The notes below the pieces were generated by a model. The model made no database searches, was not told where the DNA came from, and saw only the letters and a program-made list of their open reading frames with translations. Positions 1-9,581 of a stretch of DNA of 64,000 nucleotides are shown here, piece after piece. The translations under genes and the position numbers were made by a program. Each line of letters starts with the position of its first letter. Position 1 is the first letter of the stretch. This DNA is from Fidelibacterota bacterium MT.SAG.2 (lineage in GTDB: Bacteria; Fidelibacterota; SORT01), in contig SORU01000003.1 in the NCBI GenBank assembly GCA_004402915.1, positions 15,718-79,717 on the forward strand. The letters are read 5' to 3'.

Positions 1-1
1 A

Positions 2-421
2 TTCAAGTATGGCCAATCAACAATCTTTGAAATGAACAGAAATATTTCATTCCAATTTTCGTCGGTGATAGAATTAGAGGAAGACGGAAAGTTAAATTGG
101 GACAAATTCATAGAGCAAAGGACCGCCGGCAGGGTGATCACCTCTGCAGAAGGACGGATCAAGTATCGTATTCGTCGCAAATTATCTATTTCAGGCGGAT
201 TATCACGTTCCTCGCGCAGTGATAAACGATTTTTAGGGATTTCTGATTCGGGGAAAACCGTTGAGACGTTGGTCGGCATAGGTCCCGTGTTTCACGCAAT
301 TTACAGATCATCCCGCACGCAGACTTTTGTTCTTAAAGGAAAAATTCAGAGAGTCGAAAACAAGTCAGGAAATGTCTATTACACTAAATCGGTTCGGCTT
401 GTCGGCTCCTTACTCTTTTGA
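2..421 (+). CDS. 3' part of a hypothetical protein, probably outer-membrane beta-strand-rich; 5'-truncated by the window
   Basis: The frame is open from position 2 (FKYGQSTIFEM...), so the ATG at 32 is probably internal. Alternating hydrophobic strands and a terminal Phe. Confidence 0.55.
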   Translation, partial: FKYGQSTIFEMNRNISFQFSSVIELEEDGKLNWDKFIEQRTAGRVITSAEGRIKYRIRRKLSISGGLSRSSRSDKRFLGISDSGKTVETLVGIGPVFHAIYRSSRTQTFVLKGKIQRVENKSGNVYYTKSVRLVGSLLF

Positions 422-433
422 TGTCGTGAATAG

Positions 434-1273
434 ATGATCCGATTCGAGTCGCATTTTCTAAAACGGTTTATTCTTTTACTCATATTCCTGTTTCTCACCT
501 CAGACGGAGTGGCAATAGCAGCATTTGAAGAACGTCTATACTCCACGAGAGCTGCCGCGCTCGGAGGCGCTTACGCCGCATTGATGAATAATCATTCTGC
601 TATATTCGGAAATCCAAGCTCATTGGGCTTTAATGATAATCGGAGACTGAACTTACTTTACGGGCGTTCGTTCGGATTGAAAGAGTTAGCCAATTCAGGG
701 ATCTCTGTGCCGTTTAATTTTGAATTTGGGAATATCGAAATCGGATTGTCCAGATTCGGGTTTTCTCTTTATCACGAAGATATAGTTTCAATTGGAGTAG
801 GCAAAAGGATACTGAATAATGCTGCTGTTGGGTTGGCTTTACGTTATTTATCAACCGGAATAAGTGGTTACGGTTCGGCGGCAACTATCGGTGTGGATAT
901 AGGGTTTTCAATGAAAATCAATCCGAAACTGAACTTAGGTGTGTCAGCGAAAAACGTTAATGCGCCCAAACTTTCTAAATCTGAAGATTCGCTCGCAAGG
1001 AGTCTGAGAGTCGGGGCTTCATTCGCTATAGAGGATAACGTTTCGTTGATAGCCGAATATCATACGGAAGAGAATCAGATCGCTGTTTACAGAATTGGCT
1101 CCGAAATTGAGATTTTGAATAACCAATATCTAAGATTCGGCATAACAAGCAATCCTTCAAGTTTTTCTATGGGATTCGGTATTGAGCTGAACAGAATCGA
1201 TCTGAACTATTCTTTCAACACTCATCAATATCTTGATGCTTCCCAGTTTTTCTCCTTAGGATATATTTTTTGA
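434..1273 (+). CDS. PorV/PorQ-like outer-membrane beta-barrel protein (T9SS-associated family)
   Basis: Signal peptide, then the 'STRAAALGGAYAAL...GNPSSL' N-terminal motif typical of PorV/PorQ/FadL-like barrels; C-terminal aromatic strand 'FSLGYIF'. Confidence 0.7.
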   Translation: MIRFESHFLKRFILLLIFLFLTSDGVAIAAFEERLYSTRAAALGGAYAALMNNHSAIFGNPSSLGFNDNRRLNLLYGRSFGLKELANSGISVPFNFEFGNIEIGLSRFGFSLYHEDIVSIGVGKRILNNAAVGLALRYLSTGISGYGSAATIGVDIGFSMKINPKLNLGVSAKNVNAPKLSKSEDSLARSLRVGASFAIEDNVSLIAEYHTEENQIAVYRIGSEIEILNNQYLRFGITSNPSSFSMGFGIELNRIDLNYSFNTHQYLDASQFFSLGYIF

Positions 1274-3171
1274 GAAGAGCTATGACGATAAAATTCATAT
1301 TAATTATTCTCTTGAGCGTGACGGTCAGTTACGGTCAATCCGTAGACCTTGAAAACTATCTGAATCCTTCGGAAGAGATAGAGGGTTCATCCGATCTTTA
1401 CGACATGATCGAAGAATTTTCCGTTTATAAGTTCGATCTAAATAAATCAGCCGTCGAAGAGCTCTATACGATTCAACTAATTAATTCAAATACGATACGG
1501 GCAATCCAAAAAAAGCGAAAGAGGGGGGAGATATTTCGGAGCGTTAATGATGTAAAGGAGCTGAATCTCGGTCAAGAGCAGGAAAATATTCTATTATCAA
1601 TCGCAGGAGTCAATATTGAACGACAATATGTCGAAAAATTCAGATTTAGAAGCAGGGTGGTACGTAAAACTTCCGTAGAAGATTTCCCGGAACATCCGTA
1701 CAAGCTTTATAGCCGGGGAACTTTCGATCTTTCAAATGGATTACAAATTGGAGTGTTGACTGAACGCGATGTCGGAGAGAAAGAATTTGACGATCATCGG
1801 TCATTTTACCTAACGAAAAAATCAATAAATGGGAAATATGACAAAATCTTAGGAGACTATTCGATAGAAGCCGGACAAGGATTGGTTTTGTGGCAAAACG
1901 GTTTCTTCGGCAGGAGAGGCGATCCTATCTTCTCGATGAAACGAGGCGCGCGGGGAATAAGACCGTATAGATCAGCGTCAGAAACCAATTTCATGAGGGG
2001 AGCCGCTGGAGCCTGGAACCATAGAAATATCAAAATTATAACATTTGTTTCGCTTAATAAAATTGATGCCTCTCTCTCTGATTCGGGGGAGGTATTAAAT
2101 TTTCGTCGTAGCGGCTTACACAGAACGGAAGGTGAACTTTCGGGAAAAGACGCTGTGCAGGAAAAAATAGCAGGGGTAAACACCGAATGGAGTTCCACAA
2201 ACTTAAAAGTAGGTTCAAGATTTGTCACAGTAGAGTATGACGCAAACGTCAATCCTAAGGACTCTCCCGAAAAGATAAACGAATTTGAGGGTAGAAAGTA
2301 TAAAACGTTCAGCGTGGATTACGATTACACGATAGGTCGGATGAATTTATACGGTGAGATCGCCGAATCGGATGGAAGAAAAAAAGCGCAAATTCACGGA
2401 TTCCGTATAGGGTATGAGCGGATCAATTTAGGAATACTTTATCGTGATTATGATGATGGATTCGGTTCCGTAAGGGGAGTCCCGTTTGGAGGCGGTGATA
2501 ATGAAAGAGGCATTTACGTGGGTATGAAATGGAATAGTAATAGAGGCGCCTCCGTTTCGGGATTTAAGGATCTGTACAAGAGGAAATGGGTAACCACAAA
2601 CTCCTTAACGCCAAGCAGAAGTGAAGACTTCCGAATTGAAATCAAACAGCGTATCTCTGAAGTCCATTCTGTCGGTATTAGAATTTGGGGAGCAAACCGG
2701 GAATTAAATAAAAAAATAATTGATGAATACTCTATAGAAAGAAAAATACTCACTCTCCAAAGAAGAAAGAATTTACAGGTTCAAGGCAAACATACTCTTT
2801 CAAGATCATTAGCATTGGGTTGGCGTTTTGAACGAGTGACCTTGGAAGATCTGATCGTTGATGAGAAGGGATTATTACTTTCAATTAACATAAAAATCGC
2901 TACGCCGGGTAGTTTACGGTTATACCTTGCGGCGACACGATTTAAAACCGACTCATTTGCCTCAAGAATATATCTTTATGAGCAGGATTTACCCGGTGTT
3001 TTAAGGAACAGTGCTGTTTTTAATAACGGAAATCGGTTTATGGTTCTTGCAAGGAAAGAAATTTCCTCTTATTTTTCACTTTCACTGAAATTAGAACATT
3101 TATCAAGAGATAACGGTATAGAAGATTCGGCGGAAAATAAAATAGGAATACAAGTTGATTTATCGAATTAA
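1270..3171 (+). CDS. Helix-hairpin-helix (ComEA-like) domain outer-membrane protein
   Basis: Signal peptide; 'FDLNKSAVEELYTIQLIN...KRGEIFRSVNDV' HhH-like segment; beta-strand-rich remainder. Start is TTG 1270 or ATG 1282. Confidence 0.6.
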   Translation: MRRAMTIKFILIILLSVTVSYGQSVDLENYLNPSEEIEGSSDLYDMIEEFSVYKFDLNKSAVEELYTIQLINSNTIRAIQKKRKRGEIFRSVNDVKELNLGQEQENILLSIAGVNIERQYVEKFRFRSRVVRKTSVEDFPEHPYKLYSRGTFDLSNGLQIGVLTERDVGEKEFDDHRSFYLTKKSINGKYDKILGDYSIEAGQGLVLWQNGFFGRRGDPIFSMKRGARGIRPYRSASETNFMRGAAGAWNHRNIKIITFVSLNKIDASLSDSGEVLNFRRSGLHRTEGELSGKDAVQEKIAGVNTEWSSTNLKVGSRFVTVEYDANVNPKDSPEKINEFEGRKYKTFSVDYDYTIGRMNLYGEIAESDGRKKAQIHGFRIGYERINLGILYRDYDDGFGSVRGVPFGGGDNERGIYVGMKWNSNRGASVSGFKDLYKRKWVTTNSLTPSRSEDFRIEIKQRISEVHSVGIRIWGANRELNKKIIDEYSIERKILTLQRRKNLQVQGKHTLSRSLALGWRFERVTLEDLIVDEKGLLLSINIKIATPGSLRLYLAATRFKTDSFASRIYLYEQDLPGVLRNSAVFNNGNRFMVLARKEISSYFSLSLKLEHLSRDNGIEDSAENKIGIQVDLSN

Positions 3172-4717
3172 GCAATTGTCCTCTCTTCTCATTCTGATTT
3201 CGGTAATTAACGGATTGTCATACGGCTCCGAAATAAAAGTTATCTATTCCAATGATGCCGGAAGAATCGAGAGTCTGAAAACCATCGAAAAAGACAATGT
3301 ATCTTTCGTTAGTGGGACAGAATTAGCGAAATTATTGGAAGCCGGAACATTTTATTCTGAGCCAAAGAAGAAATTGGATTTGAAATTCAAAGAATGGCGT
3401 GTGAAGCTCTCCGCGTACAGTTCGTATATTCTCATGGAAAATTTAAGCAGTGCCGATAGACATGATGATATTCTTCATCTGCCCGTACCGGTAATGCCTT
3501 CCGACAATGATATTCTTATTCCATTTAACGCATTCATGACCATTTTAGATGCTGTAATGCCGGAAAATTTAACCTACGATGACGACCTTAAGACACTTGA
3601 AATAAGAACTGCTTTGGTGAATATAACGGGAGTCAGCATTCAACGAAAGTCGAATGGCACTTTGATAAAAATATCCACTACGCGGGAATTCCCTCTTGAT
3701 TCCTATAGAGCATGGATAAATCGTGACTTAGGCTGGTTATACCTGACTATTGTGAACGGAATATCGGATTCAATTTCGATCATATCCGCCCCAACTAATG
3801 GAGCTGTCGTAAAAGTAGTACCTGTGCAGATGGAGGAATCAACACAGTTATCTTTCAAACTAAAGGGTGAAGTAGAAAATCCTGAAATATATCAAACAAC
3901 AAATCCGCATCAAATCGTAATTTCACTAAGAACGCCTGAGCGGATAACAAGAAAACAAGTTGAAGATGACTTGCTGAGAAACAGCGAAAGATGGCTTATC
4001 GATACAATTGTTCTTGACGCCGGACACGGCGGCAAGGACCCCGGTTCTATCAGCGCATCGGGTTTGAAAGAAAAAGATGTTGTGCTTGATATAGTCAAAA
4101 GAATCGGGAAGTTGATAGAGAAAAAATTGAAAGTCAACGTCGTTTATACGCGTGAAGAAGATGTATATGTCTCTCTTGAAGAAAGAGGGAAGATCGCAAA
4201 CCGAAATGAGGGCAAATTATTTATAAGCATCCACCTGAACAGCTTTCCCAAAAACAGAAATGTAAGAGGATTTGAAGTATACATTCTTCGACCCGGGAAA
4301 ACTGCAAGCGCTATAGAAGTAGCAGAAAGAGAAAATTCTGTGCTGCGGTTCGATGATAAATCAAGCGCAGAGAAATTTGAAAAACAGGCAACGGAAAAAC
4401 TTATTCTCGCTTCGCTAACGCAAGCTGCATTCATGAGCGAATCGGAAGATCTTTCAGGTATGCTCGAAAAAGAACTTAAGAAAAAAATCTCCTCTCCGAG
4501 CAGAGGCGTTAAACAAGCAGGTTTCTATGTACTTGTGGGAGCATCGATGCCGCATGCTTATATTGAGGCAGGTTTTATTTCGAATCGAATAGAGGAAAAA
4601 AACTTCAGGTCATCAAAATATAAACAAAAATTTGCGGAAGCTGTTTATGAGGGTGTACGGAAATTCAAGCATAAATATGAACAACTGATCTTATCCGCAA
4701 ACGGAAGATCAAATTGA
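3155..4717 (+). CDS. N-acetylmuramoyl-L-alanine amidase (Amidase_3) with N-terminal accessory domains
   Basis: 'IVLDAGHGGKDPG', 'FISIHLN' and 'IEAGFISN' Zn-amidase motifs; signal peptide. Confidence 0.9.
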   Translation: MIYRIKQLSSLLILISVINGLSYGSEIKVIYSNDAGRIESLKTIEKDNVSFVSGTELAKLLEAGTFYSEPKKKLDLKFKEWRVKLSAYSSYILMENLSSADRHDDILHLPVPVMPSDNDILIPFNAFMTILDAVMPENLTYDDDLKTLEIRTALVNITGVSIQRKSNGTLIKISTTREFPLDSYRAWINRDLGWLYLTIVNGISDSISIISAPTNGAVVKVVPVQMEESTQLSFKLKGEVENPEIYQTTNPHQIVISLRTPERITRKQVEDDLLRNSERWLIDTIVLDAGHGGKDPGSISASGLKEKDVVLDIVKRIGKLIEKKLKVNVVYTREEDVYVSLEERGKIANRNEGKLFISIHLNSFPKNRNVRGFEVYILRPGKTASAIEVAERENSVLRFDDKSSAEKFEKQATEKLILASLTQAAFMSESEDLSGMLEKELKKKISSPSRGVKQAGFYVLVGASMPHAYIEAGFISNRIEEKNFRSSKYKQKFAEAVYEGVRKFKHKYEQLILSANGRSN

Positions 4718-5547
4718 ATGACAAACCGGTAGGAATCTTCGATTCAGGTATAGGGGGACTCAGCGTCGTAAGGCAGGTCTCTAAACTACTACCCAATGAA
4801 AAACTGATCTATTTCGGCGATACAGCGCGTGTTCCATACGGTTCTAAAAGCCCTCGTGTAGTAAGAGAATTCGCTCGTCAAGATGCGTATTTCCTCTCTG
4901 ACAAAAATGTAAAGGCTATGATAATCGCCTGTAATACTGCTTCAGCGGAGGCTCTCGATCTATTACAGAAAGAATTCGATATCCCGATCATCGGGGTGAT
5001 AAATCCGGGAGCAGGTTTTGCAGCAAACATCACCAAAAACGGTAAGATAGGAGTAATTGGTACGCATGGTACGATAGCGTCGGGAGCATACGAAACTGAA
5101 TTGCTCTCAATCAATTCATCTTTAGAAGTTGAATCAGCTGCTTGTCCACTTCTGGTTCCGCTGGTGGAGGAAGGGTGGGAATCAAAAGAGGTCACAAAAG
5201 AAATTATAGGGGAGTACCTCTCTCCACTATTGGATAAAAACATCGATACGCTGATTCTCGGCTGCACGCACTATCCGATACTGAAACCGCTAATTCAGGA
5301 GGTCGTAGGTGACGATGTGGTATTGGTGGATTCCGCGGAAGCGGCGGCGGCGGAACTTGAACGGATATTGAGCGATAAAAATTTAAGCGCATCAAATAAG
5401 GAGAGTTCCTCTGAGCATGAATATTATGTCTCCGATTTTCCTTTTAAGTTCAAGGAGACAGCAGAGCGTTTTCTCGGGAAAAGATTACCGGAAGTAGAGC
5501 TAATACCCTTGGACAAATTAGAGTCACGTCTGAAAGCAATTACTTAA
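4714..5547 (+). CDS. murI: Glutamate racemase
   Basis: 'GIFDSGIGGLS', 'IACNTAS' and 'LGCTHYP' catalytic Cys motifs. Confidence 0.97.
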   Translation: MNDKPVGIFDSGIGGLSVVRQVSKLLPNEKLIYFGDTARVPYGSKSPRVVREFARQDAYFLSDKNVKAMIIACNTASAEALDLLQKEFDIPIIGVINPGAGFAANITKNGKIGVIGTHGTIASGAYETELLSINSSLEVESAACPLLVPLVEEGWESKEVTKEIIGEYLSPLLDKNIDTLILGCTHYPILKPLIQEVVGDDVVLVDSAEAAAAELERILSDKNLSASNKESSSEHEYYVSDFPFKFKETAERFLGKRLPEVELIPLDKLESRLKAIT

Positions 5548-5556
5548 CATTTCCTT

Positions 5557-6873
5557 TTGCGCACATCAGAATATGATCAAACACTCTATTATCTATTCGG
5601 ACTAAGAACATTCGGTATACATCTTGGACTTGATGTGCCGAGATCTTTGGCGAAAGAAATAGGAGAGCCGCAAAAAAATTATCCTGCTATTCACATTGCC
5701 GGGACTAATGGAAAAGGCTCTACTTCGGCGCTGATAGAGGCCGTCTTACGTGAAAAAGGTCTGAAAACAGGGTTATATACTTCACCGCACCTCGTGAATT
5801 TCAACGAGAGGATCAGAGTGAACGGTGTTCCGATAGATGATGAATCAATTATTAAATATGCAGAAGAGCTGAAAGACTCGGTCGCTGAAAGCGGCGCGTC
5901 GTTTTTCGAGGTCACTACCCTGATAGCCCTAAAGTATTTTGCCGATATGGAAGTGGATATTGTCATCGCGGAAGCAGGATTGGGAGCCCGGTTAGACACA
6001 ACAATGTTGGTGGAACCTATTATTTCCGTACTGACTTCTATAGGTCTTGATCACACAAAATATCTCGGAGAAACTGTTGAAGAGATAGCTGGTGAAAAGG
6101 CGTTTGTGATAAGGAAAGGAGTACCTTGTATTGTAGCAAAAAATTCGGATAAGGTGCTTGACGTCTTCACTGAATATTCAATTGAAATCGAAGGTGAGTT
6201 CACGAAATCATCTCAAATTTGTGAAATTTCAAATGTCGTAGCGTCAGAGCAGGGATTGACATTTCATGCACTCCTGAACGGAAAACCTATTGATAATATG
6301 CATGTGCCGCTGATGGGTTTGCACCAGATAGATAATATTCAAACATCGTTAGCCGTGCTGGATTCAATTCCTGATATGGATTTTACAAAGGATGAAATAA
6401 AAGCAGGATTAGAAAGTGTGGAATTCAGGGGAAGGATGGAAGTTCTTTCTGAACTACCGTTAGTCATATACGACGTAGCGCATAATCCACAGGCAACCGA
6501 AGCGCTATTTATTTCAATCGAAGCGCACTACCCGGAGCGGAAAATCATTGCAGTCATAGCATTGTTGAAGGATAAAAATTCGGATGAAGTGATAAAGACT
6601 ATAGGCACGTATACGCAGCAATTAGTGTGCGCGGAAATTCCCGGAAATGACTCCGTATCGTCTGCGGAGCTGGCAAAAATTGGAAAAAAACTTGGAATCG
6701 AGTCCTCCTCAATACCGGATATTTCTTTGGCAGTGGATGAAGCAAAACGAAAGTTGGATGACGATTCATTACTTATCATATTCGGTTCACACTATTTTGC
6801 GGAGAATGTTTACGATAAGTTCGGGATGAGCCATCCTTTTTCCGACTCATTAAAAATAAATTCGTTGACTTGA
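5557..6873 (+). CDS. folC: Folylpolyglutamate synthase/dihydrofolate synthase
   Basis: 'HIAGTNGKGST', 'YTSPHLV.FNERI', 'EAGLGARLD' and 'DVAHNP'. Confidence 0.95.
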   Translation: MRTSEYDQTLYYLFGLRTFGIHLGLDVPRSLAKEIGEPQKNYPAIHIAGTNGKGSTSALIEAVLREKGLKTGLYTSPHLVNFNERIRVNGVPIDDESIIKYAEELKDSVAESGASFFEVTTLIALKYFADMEVDIVIAEAGLGARLDTTMLVEPIISVLTSIGLDHTKYLGETVEEIAGEKAFVIRKGVPCIVAKNSDKVLDVFTEYSIEIEGEFTKSSQICEISNVVASEQGLTFHALLNGKPIDNMHVPLMGLHQIDNIQTSLAVLDSIPDMDFTKDEIKAGLESVEFRGRMEVLSELPLVIYDVAHNPQATEALFISIEAHYPERKIIAVIALLKDKNSDEVIKTIGTYTQQLVCAEIPGNDSVSSAELAKIGKKLGIESSSIPDISLAVDEAKRKLDDDSLLIIFGSHYFAENVYDKFGMSHPFSDSLKINSLT

Positions 6874-6893
6874 AGAGGTAAGCCTTTTAATAT
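6865..6893 (+). promoter_or_regulatory. Sigma70-type promoter of tRNA-Lys
   Basis: TTGACT (6865-70), 17-nt spacer, TAATAT (6888-93), 11 nt upstream of the tRNA 5' end. Confidence 0.75.
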
Positions 6894-6904
6894 TCGCCTC
6901 GCAA

Positions 6905-6980
6905 GCTCCCGTAGCTCAACTGGCAGAGCACCGGACTCTTAATCCGTAGGTTGTTGGTTCGATTCCAACCGGGAGTACCA
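6905..6980 (+). tRNA. tRNA-Lys (anticodon CTT)
   Basis: 76 nt. Acceptor stem GCTCCCG/CGGGAGT, D arm GCTC/GAGC, anticodon loop CT-CTT-AA (one C.T mismatch at the top of that stem), T loop GGTTCGATTCC, encoded CCA end. Confidence 0.95.
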
Positions 6981-7127
6981 AAGTAATCCTTCGTTAGGCA
7001 CATTTTTCGTGTTCCAAAAACGTATCTCAAACTCCTATTAACGACTAAATCATCAAATTAATAAAACGAAAGAGTCGAAATAACGCGAGCGGTATTTTCC
7101 TGAGGATCAAATTACTTTTTTCTGCGC

Positions 7128-8132
7128 TCACATGGGGTAATACTCTACCAGAACCGGTTTCTCTTCCCGGAGAGATTGTTTCGCAGCGAGACCGATAATT
7201 ACCGGAATAATGCCATCACGTCCGGTTACAGGTACTGGCCGGTCTTCTCGAATGACCTGGATAAATTCCTCAATTTCTGCCCTGAACGATTCAATGTAGC
7301 GCTCCAGAAAAAAATCAATGGGTGTATCAGAGACGACACCTTGTGAGGTTTTTAGAACTGTTTGAAATTGAGTTCTGTTCTCTGTGCACATACTACCCTT
7401 AGACCCGAATACTTCCACTCGCTGATCAAAACCATAGATAGCCTGTCGACTGTTATGTATAAGAGCCATTGCTCCGTCTTCAAGTTTCAGGGTGGTCAGG
7501 GCCGTATCGACATCCCCATCCTTGCCTATGGCAGGGTCTATCAAGACTGCACCTGCTGAATAAATTTCCTTCACTTCACTTCCTGACAAATAGCGTATCA
7601 GATCAAAATCGTGGATGGTCGTATCTAAGAATATACCGCCGGATGTGGAAAGGTACTCCGCAGGCGGAGGAGCCGGATCAAGGTTTGTGATCCTAATAAG
7701 GTAGTGCCGGCCAATCTCTCCGGAATCGATGGCTTGTTTCAGTCGTATCAGGTCCGGATCGAAGCGGCGATTGAATCCAATCTGTAGTTTAACTCCTTGC
7801 AGTTCGACCACCCTGAGAGCTTCAACTATAGTTTTTGGGTCAAATCCTATGGGCTTTTCGCAGAAGATGTGCTTTCCGGCTTGTGCTGCCTTGACGATTT
7901 GGTCAGTGTGAAATGCGGATGGGGAGCAGATAATTACGGCATCGATTTCGTTGTCTGAGTAAATCGCATCAGCGGTTTTAGCATAGATTAGTCCGATATT
8001 TTCTGCCCATATTTTATCAGCATTTAGGTCGACGACCTTTTTGAGGCGTGTGCCTGGGATTCGGAGAATATTCTCTGCGTGCAATTTGCCTATTCTTCCG
8101 GTGCCTATCAGTCCGAGTGTGACGTTTCTCAT
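7128..8132 (-). CDS. iolG: Inositol 2-dehydrogenase (Gfo/Idh/MocA family)
   Basis: 'GLIGTGRIG', 'FCEKP', 'GFNRRFD' and 'IHDFD' motifs. Confidence 0.85.
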   Translation of the reverse strand: MRNVTLGLIGTGRIGKLHAENILRIPGTRLKKVVDLNADKIWAENIGLIYAKTADAIYSDNEIDAVIICSPSAFHTDQIVKAAQAGKHIFCEKPIGFDPKTIVEALRVVELQGVKLQIGFNRRFDPDLIRLKQAIDSGEIGRHYLIRITNLDPAPPPAEYLSTSGGIFLDTTIHDFDLIRYLSGSEVKEIYSAGAVLIDPAIGKDGDVDTALTTLKLEDGAMALIHNSRQAIYGFDQRVEVFGSKGSMCTENRTQFQTVLKTSQGVVSDTPIDFFLERYIESFRAEIEEFIQVIREDRPVPVTGRDGIIPVIIGLAAKQSLREEKPVLVEYYPM

Positions 8133-9142
8133 CTCTCTACGTCAACCGGGCTATTCTTCTTAAATGATAATTCAGCAGCTTGGGCAATTTTGACTGCCTG
8201 CAAAGCATCCTGCCCCGTGACATGTGGAAGCGTTTGATTTCTGACTGAAGTGAAAAATTCCCGCAGTTCCGTAATGTAGGCCTCCTTATAACGCTCAACG
8301 AAAGAATAGTGCAGATTGTCGGTAAACACGCCCTCAGCAGTGCTCAGAATCGTACTGGTAGGTGAAGTATTAAGCGCTCTGATGCTTCCTTTCGAGCCAA
8401 ATACTTCCACTTGTTGGTCATATCCGTAATTCGTTTCCCTGCTGACGTCTATGACGCATAAAGAGTTGTCGGTCATCTGAAGTGTGATTAAAGCAGTGTC
8501 GATATCACCGAGGTTTTCGAGTTCCGGATCAATCAGTACCGCGCCTGCAGAATAAACCGTTTTTATTTCACAACCGCTGATATAGCGTACCATGTCAAAA
8601 TCATGGATGCAGAAGTCGAAAAAGAGACCGCCGGATCTACCTGCATAGGCCAGAGTTGGTCTTTTCGGGTCGCGATTAGTTATCTTTATGACATGAGTTT
8701 TGCCGATTTTACCGGACTGGACAATTTCACGTACGCGCATAAAACTTGGATCAAATCGGCGGTTAAATCCGACCTGGAATAACACACCTGCCGCTTCGAT
8801 CGCTTCAATGGCTTCCATGACGCCCTCAGGTTCGAAGGCGATAGGTTTTTCGCAGTAAATATGTTTACCGTTCTGCGCGCAGCTTTTAATTAATGCTACA
8901 TGAGTCGGAGAGGGAGCTGCAATAACCACTGCCTCGATTTCCGAATCGTGTATGACTCTATTTTCGTCGCTGAAGTATTCTGGAATACCCATAGATTCTG
9001 CCCATTTCTCATCTAAATTGGGACCGGCAACAGCTTTGAGTAAAACATCCGGAAAGTGGAATATAATATTTTCCGCGTGCATCTTGCCTATGTGTCCGGC
9101 GCCAATTAGACCTGCGATGATAGGTTTAGAGAAAATGGATAT
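8129..9142 (-). CDS. iolG: Inositol 2-dehydrogenase paralog; start probably ATA at 9142
   Basis: Same motifs as the downstream paralog. The Rossmann motif 'GLIGAGHIG' lies upstream of the first ATG (9082). SD AGGAGG (9151-56) is 8 nt from an in-frame ATA. Confidence 0.8.
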   Translation of the reverse strand: MSIFSKPIIAGLIGAGHIGKMHAENIIFHFPDVLLKAVAGPNLDEKWAESMGIPEYFSDENRVIHDSEIEAVVIAAPSPTHVALIKSCAQNGKHIYCEKPIAFEPEGVMEAIEAIEAAGVLFQVGFNRRFDPSFMRVREIVQSGKIGKTHVIKITNRDPKRPTLAYAGRSGGLFFDFCIHDFDMVRYISGCEIKTVYSAGAVLIDPELENLGDIDTALITLQMTDNSLCVIDVSRETNYGYDQQVEVFGSKGSIRALNTSPTSTILSTAEGVFTDNLHYSFVERYKEAYITELREFFTSVRNQTLPHVTGQDALQAVKIAQAAELSFKKNSPVDVER

Positions 9143-9303
9143 TACTAATACCTCCTGAGACCGGCTACCAGTTATCTATATAATCTACTGGGCAATGGCA
9201 CTTATACAAGGCGAAATATATGCAACATCAATCACTCATGCAACATTAAATAATTTTACACTTGCTACCTATTCGGCATCACGGGACAACGGAGACCAAA
9301 TTC

Positions 9304-9361
9304 GGTCACCGTTGGGTCATCAGTCCTCTCTGACCGTTGGCAGTAAAGAGATGGCATAGGA
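9304..9361 (+). repeat. 58-bp degenerate repeat, copy 1 (copy 2 at 10883-10940)
   Basis: Ungapped by-eye alignment 43/58 identical, including CGTTGGCAGTAAA and TGGCATAG. Confidence 0.7.
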
Positions 9362-9400
9362 CTTTTAATCCGTTGGTTCCCGACAGGTCAGTATAAATAT

Positions 9401-9435
9401 TGGTTCCTCCAGTGGAGTCTCTTTGAGAGATTCCT
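9401..9435 (-). repeat. REP-like mini-hairpin repeat (inverted relative to 47833-47867)
   Basis: 30/35 identical to the reverse complement of 47833-47867. Confidence 0.7.
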
Positions 9436-9581
9436 ATCGGAAGTAATCTGAATTTCTTTTTATGAAACACATTTATAGTGTCCAAACACTCATACGTTTA
9501 TAGAGAATTTGAGAGAAATTGCGTGCAATCTAAAGCCCTTGTGATTAATTTAGAGAGTGATTAAAGTAAAGGAGGTTGTCG

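Noticed and set aside
6961-6980. A second copy of the tRNA 3' end (attR)
   Set aside because: Not found by eye in the window; a computational search is needed to exclude it.
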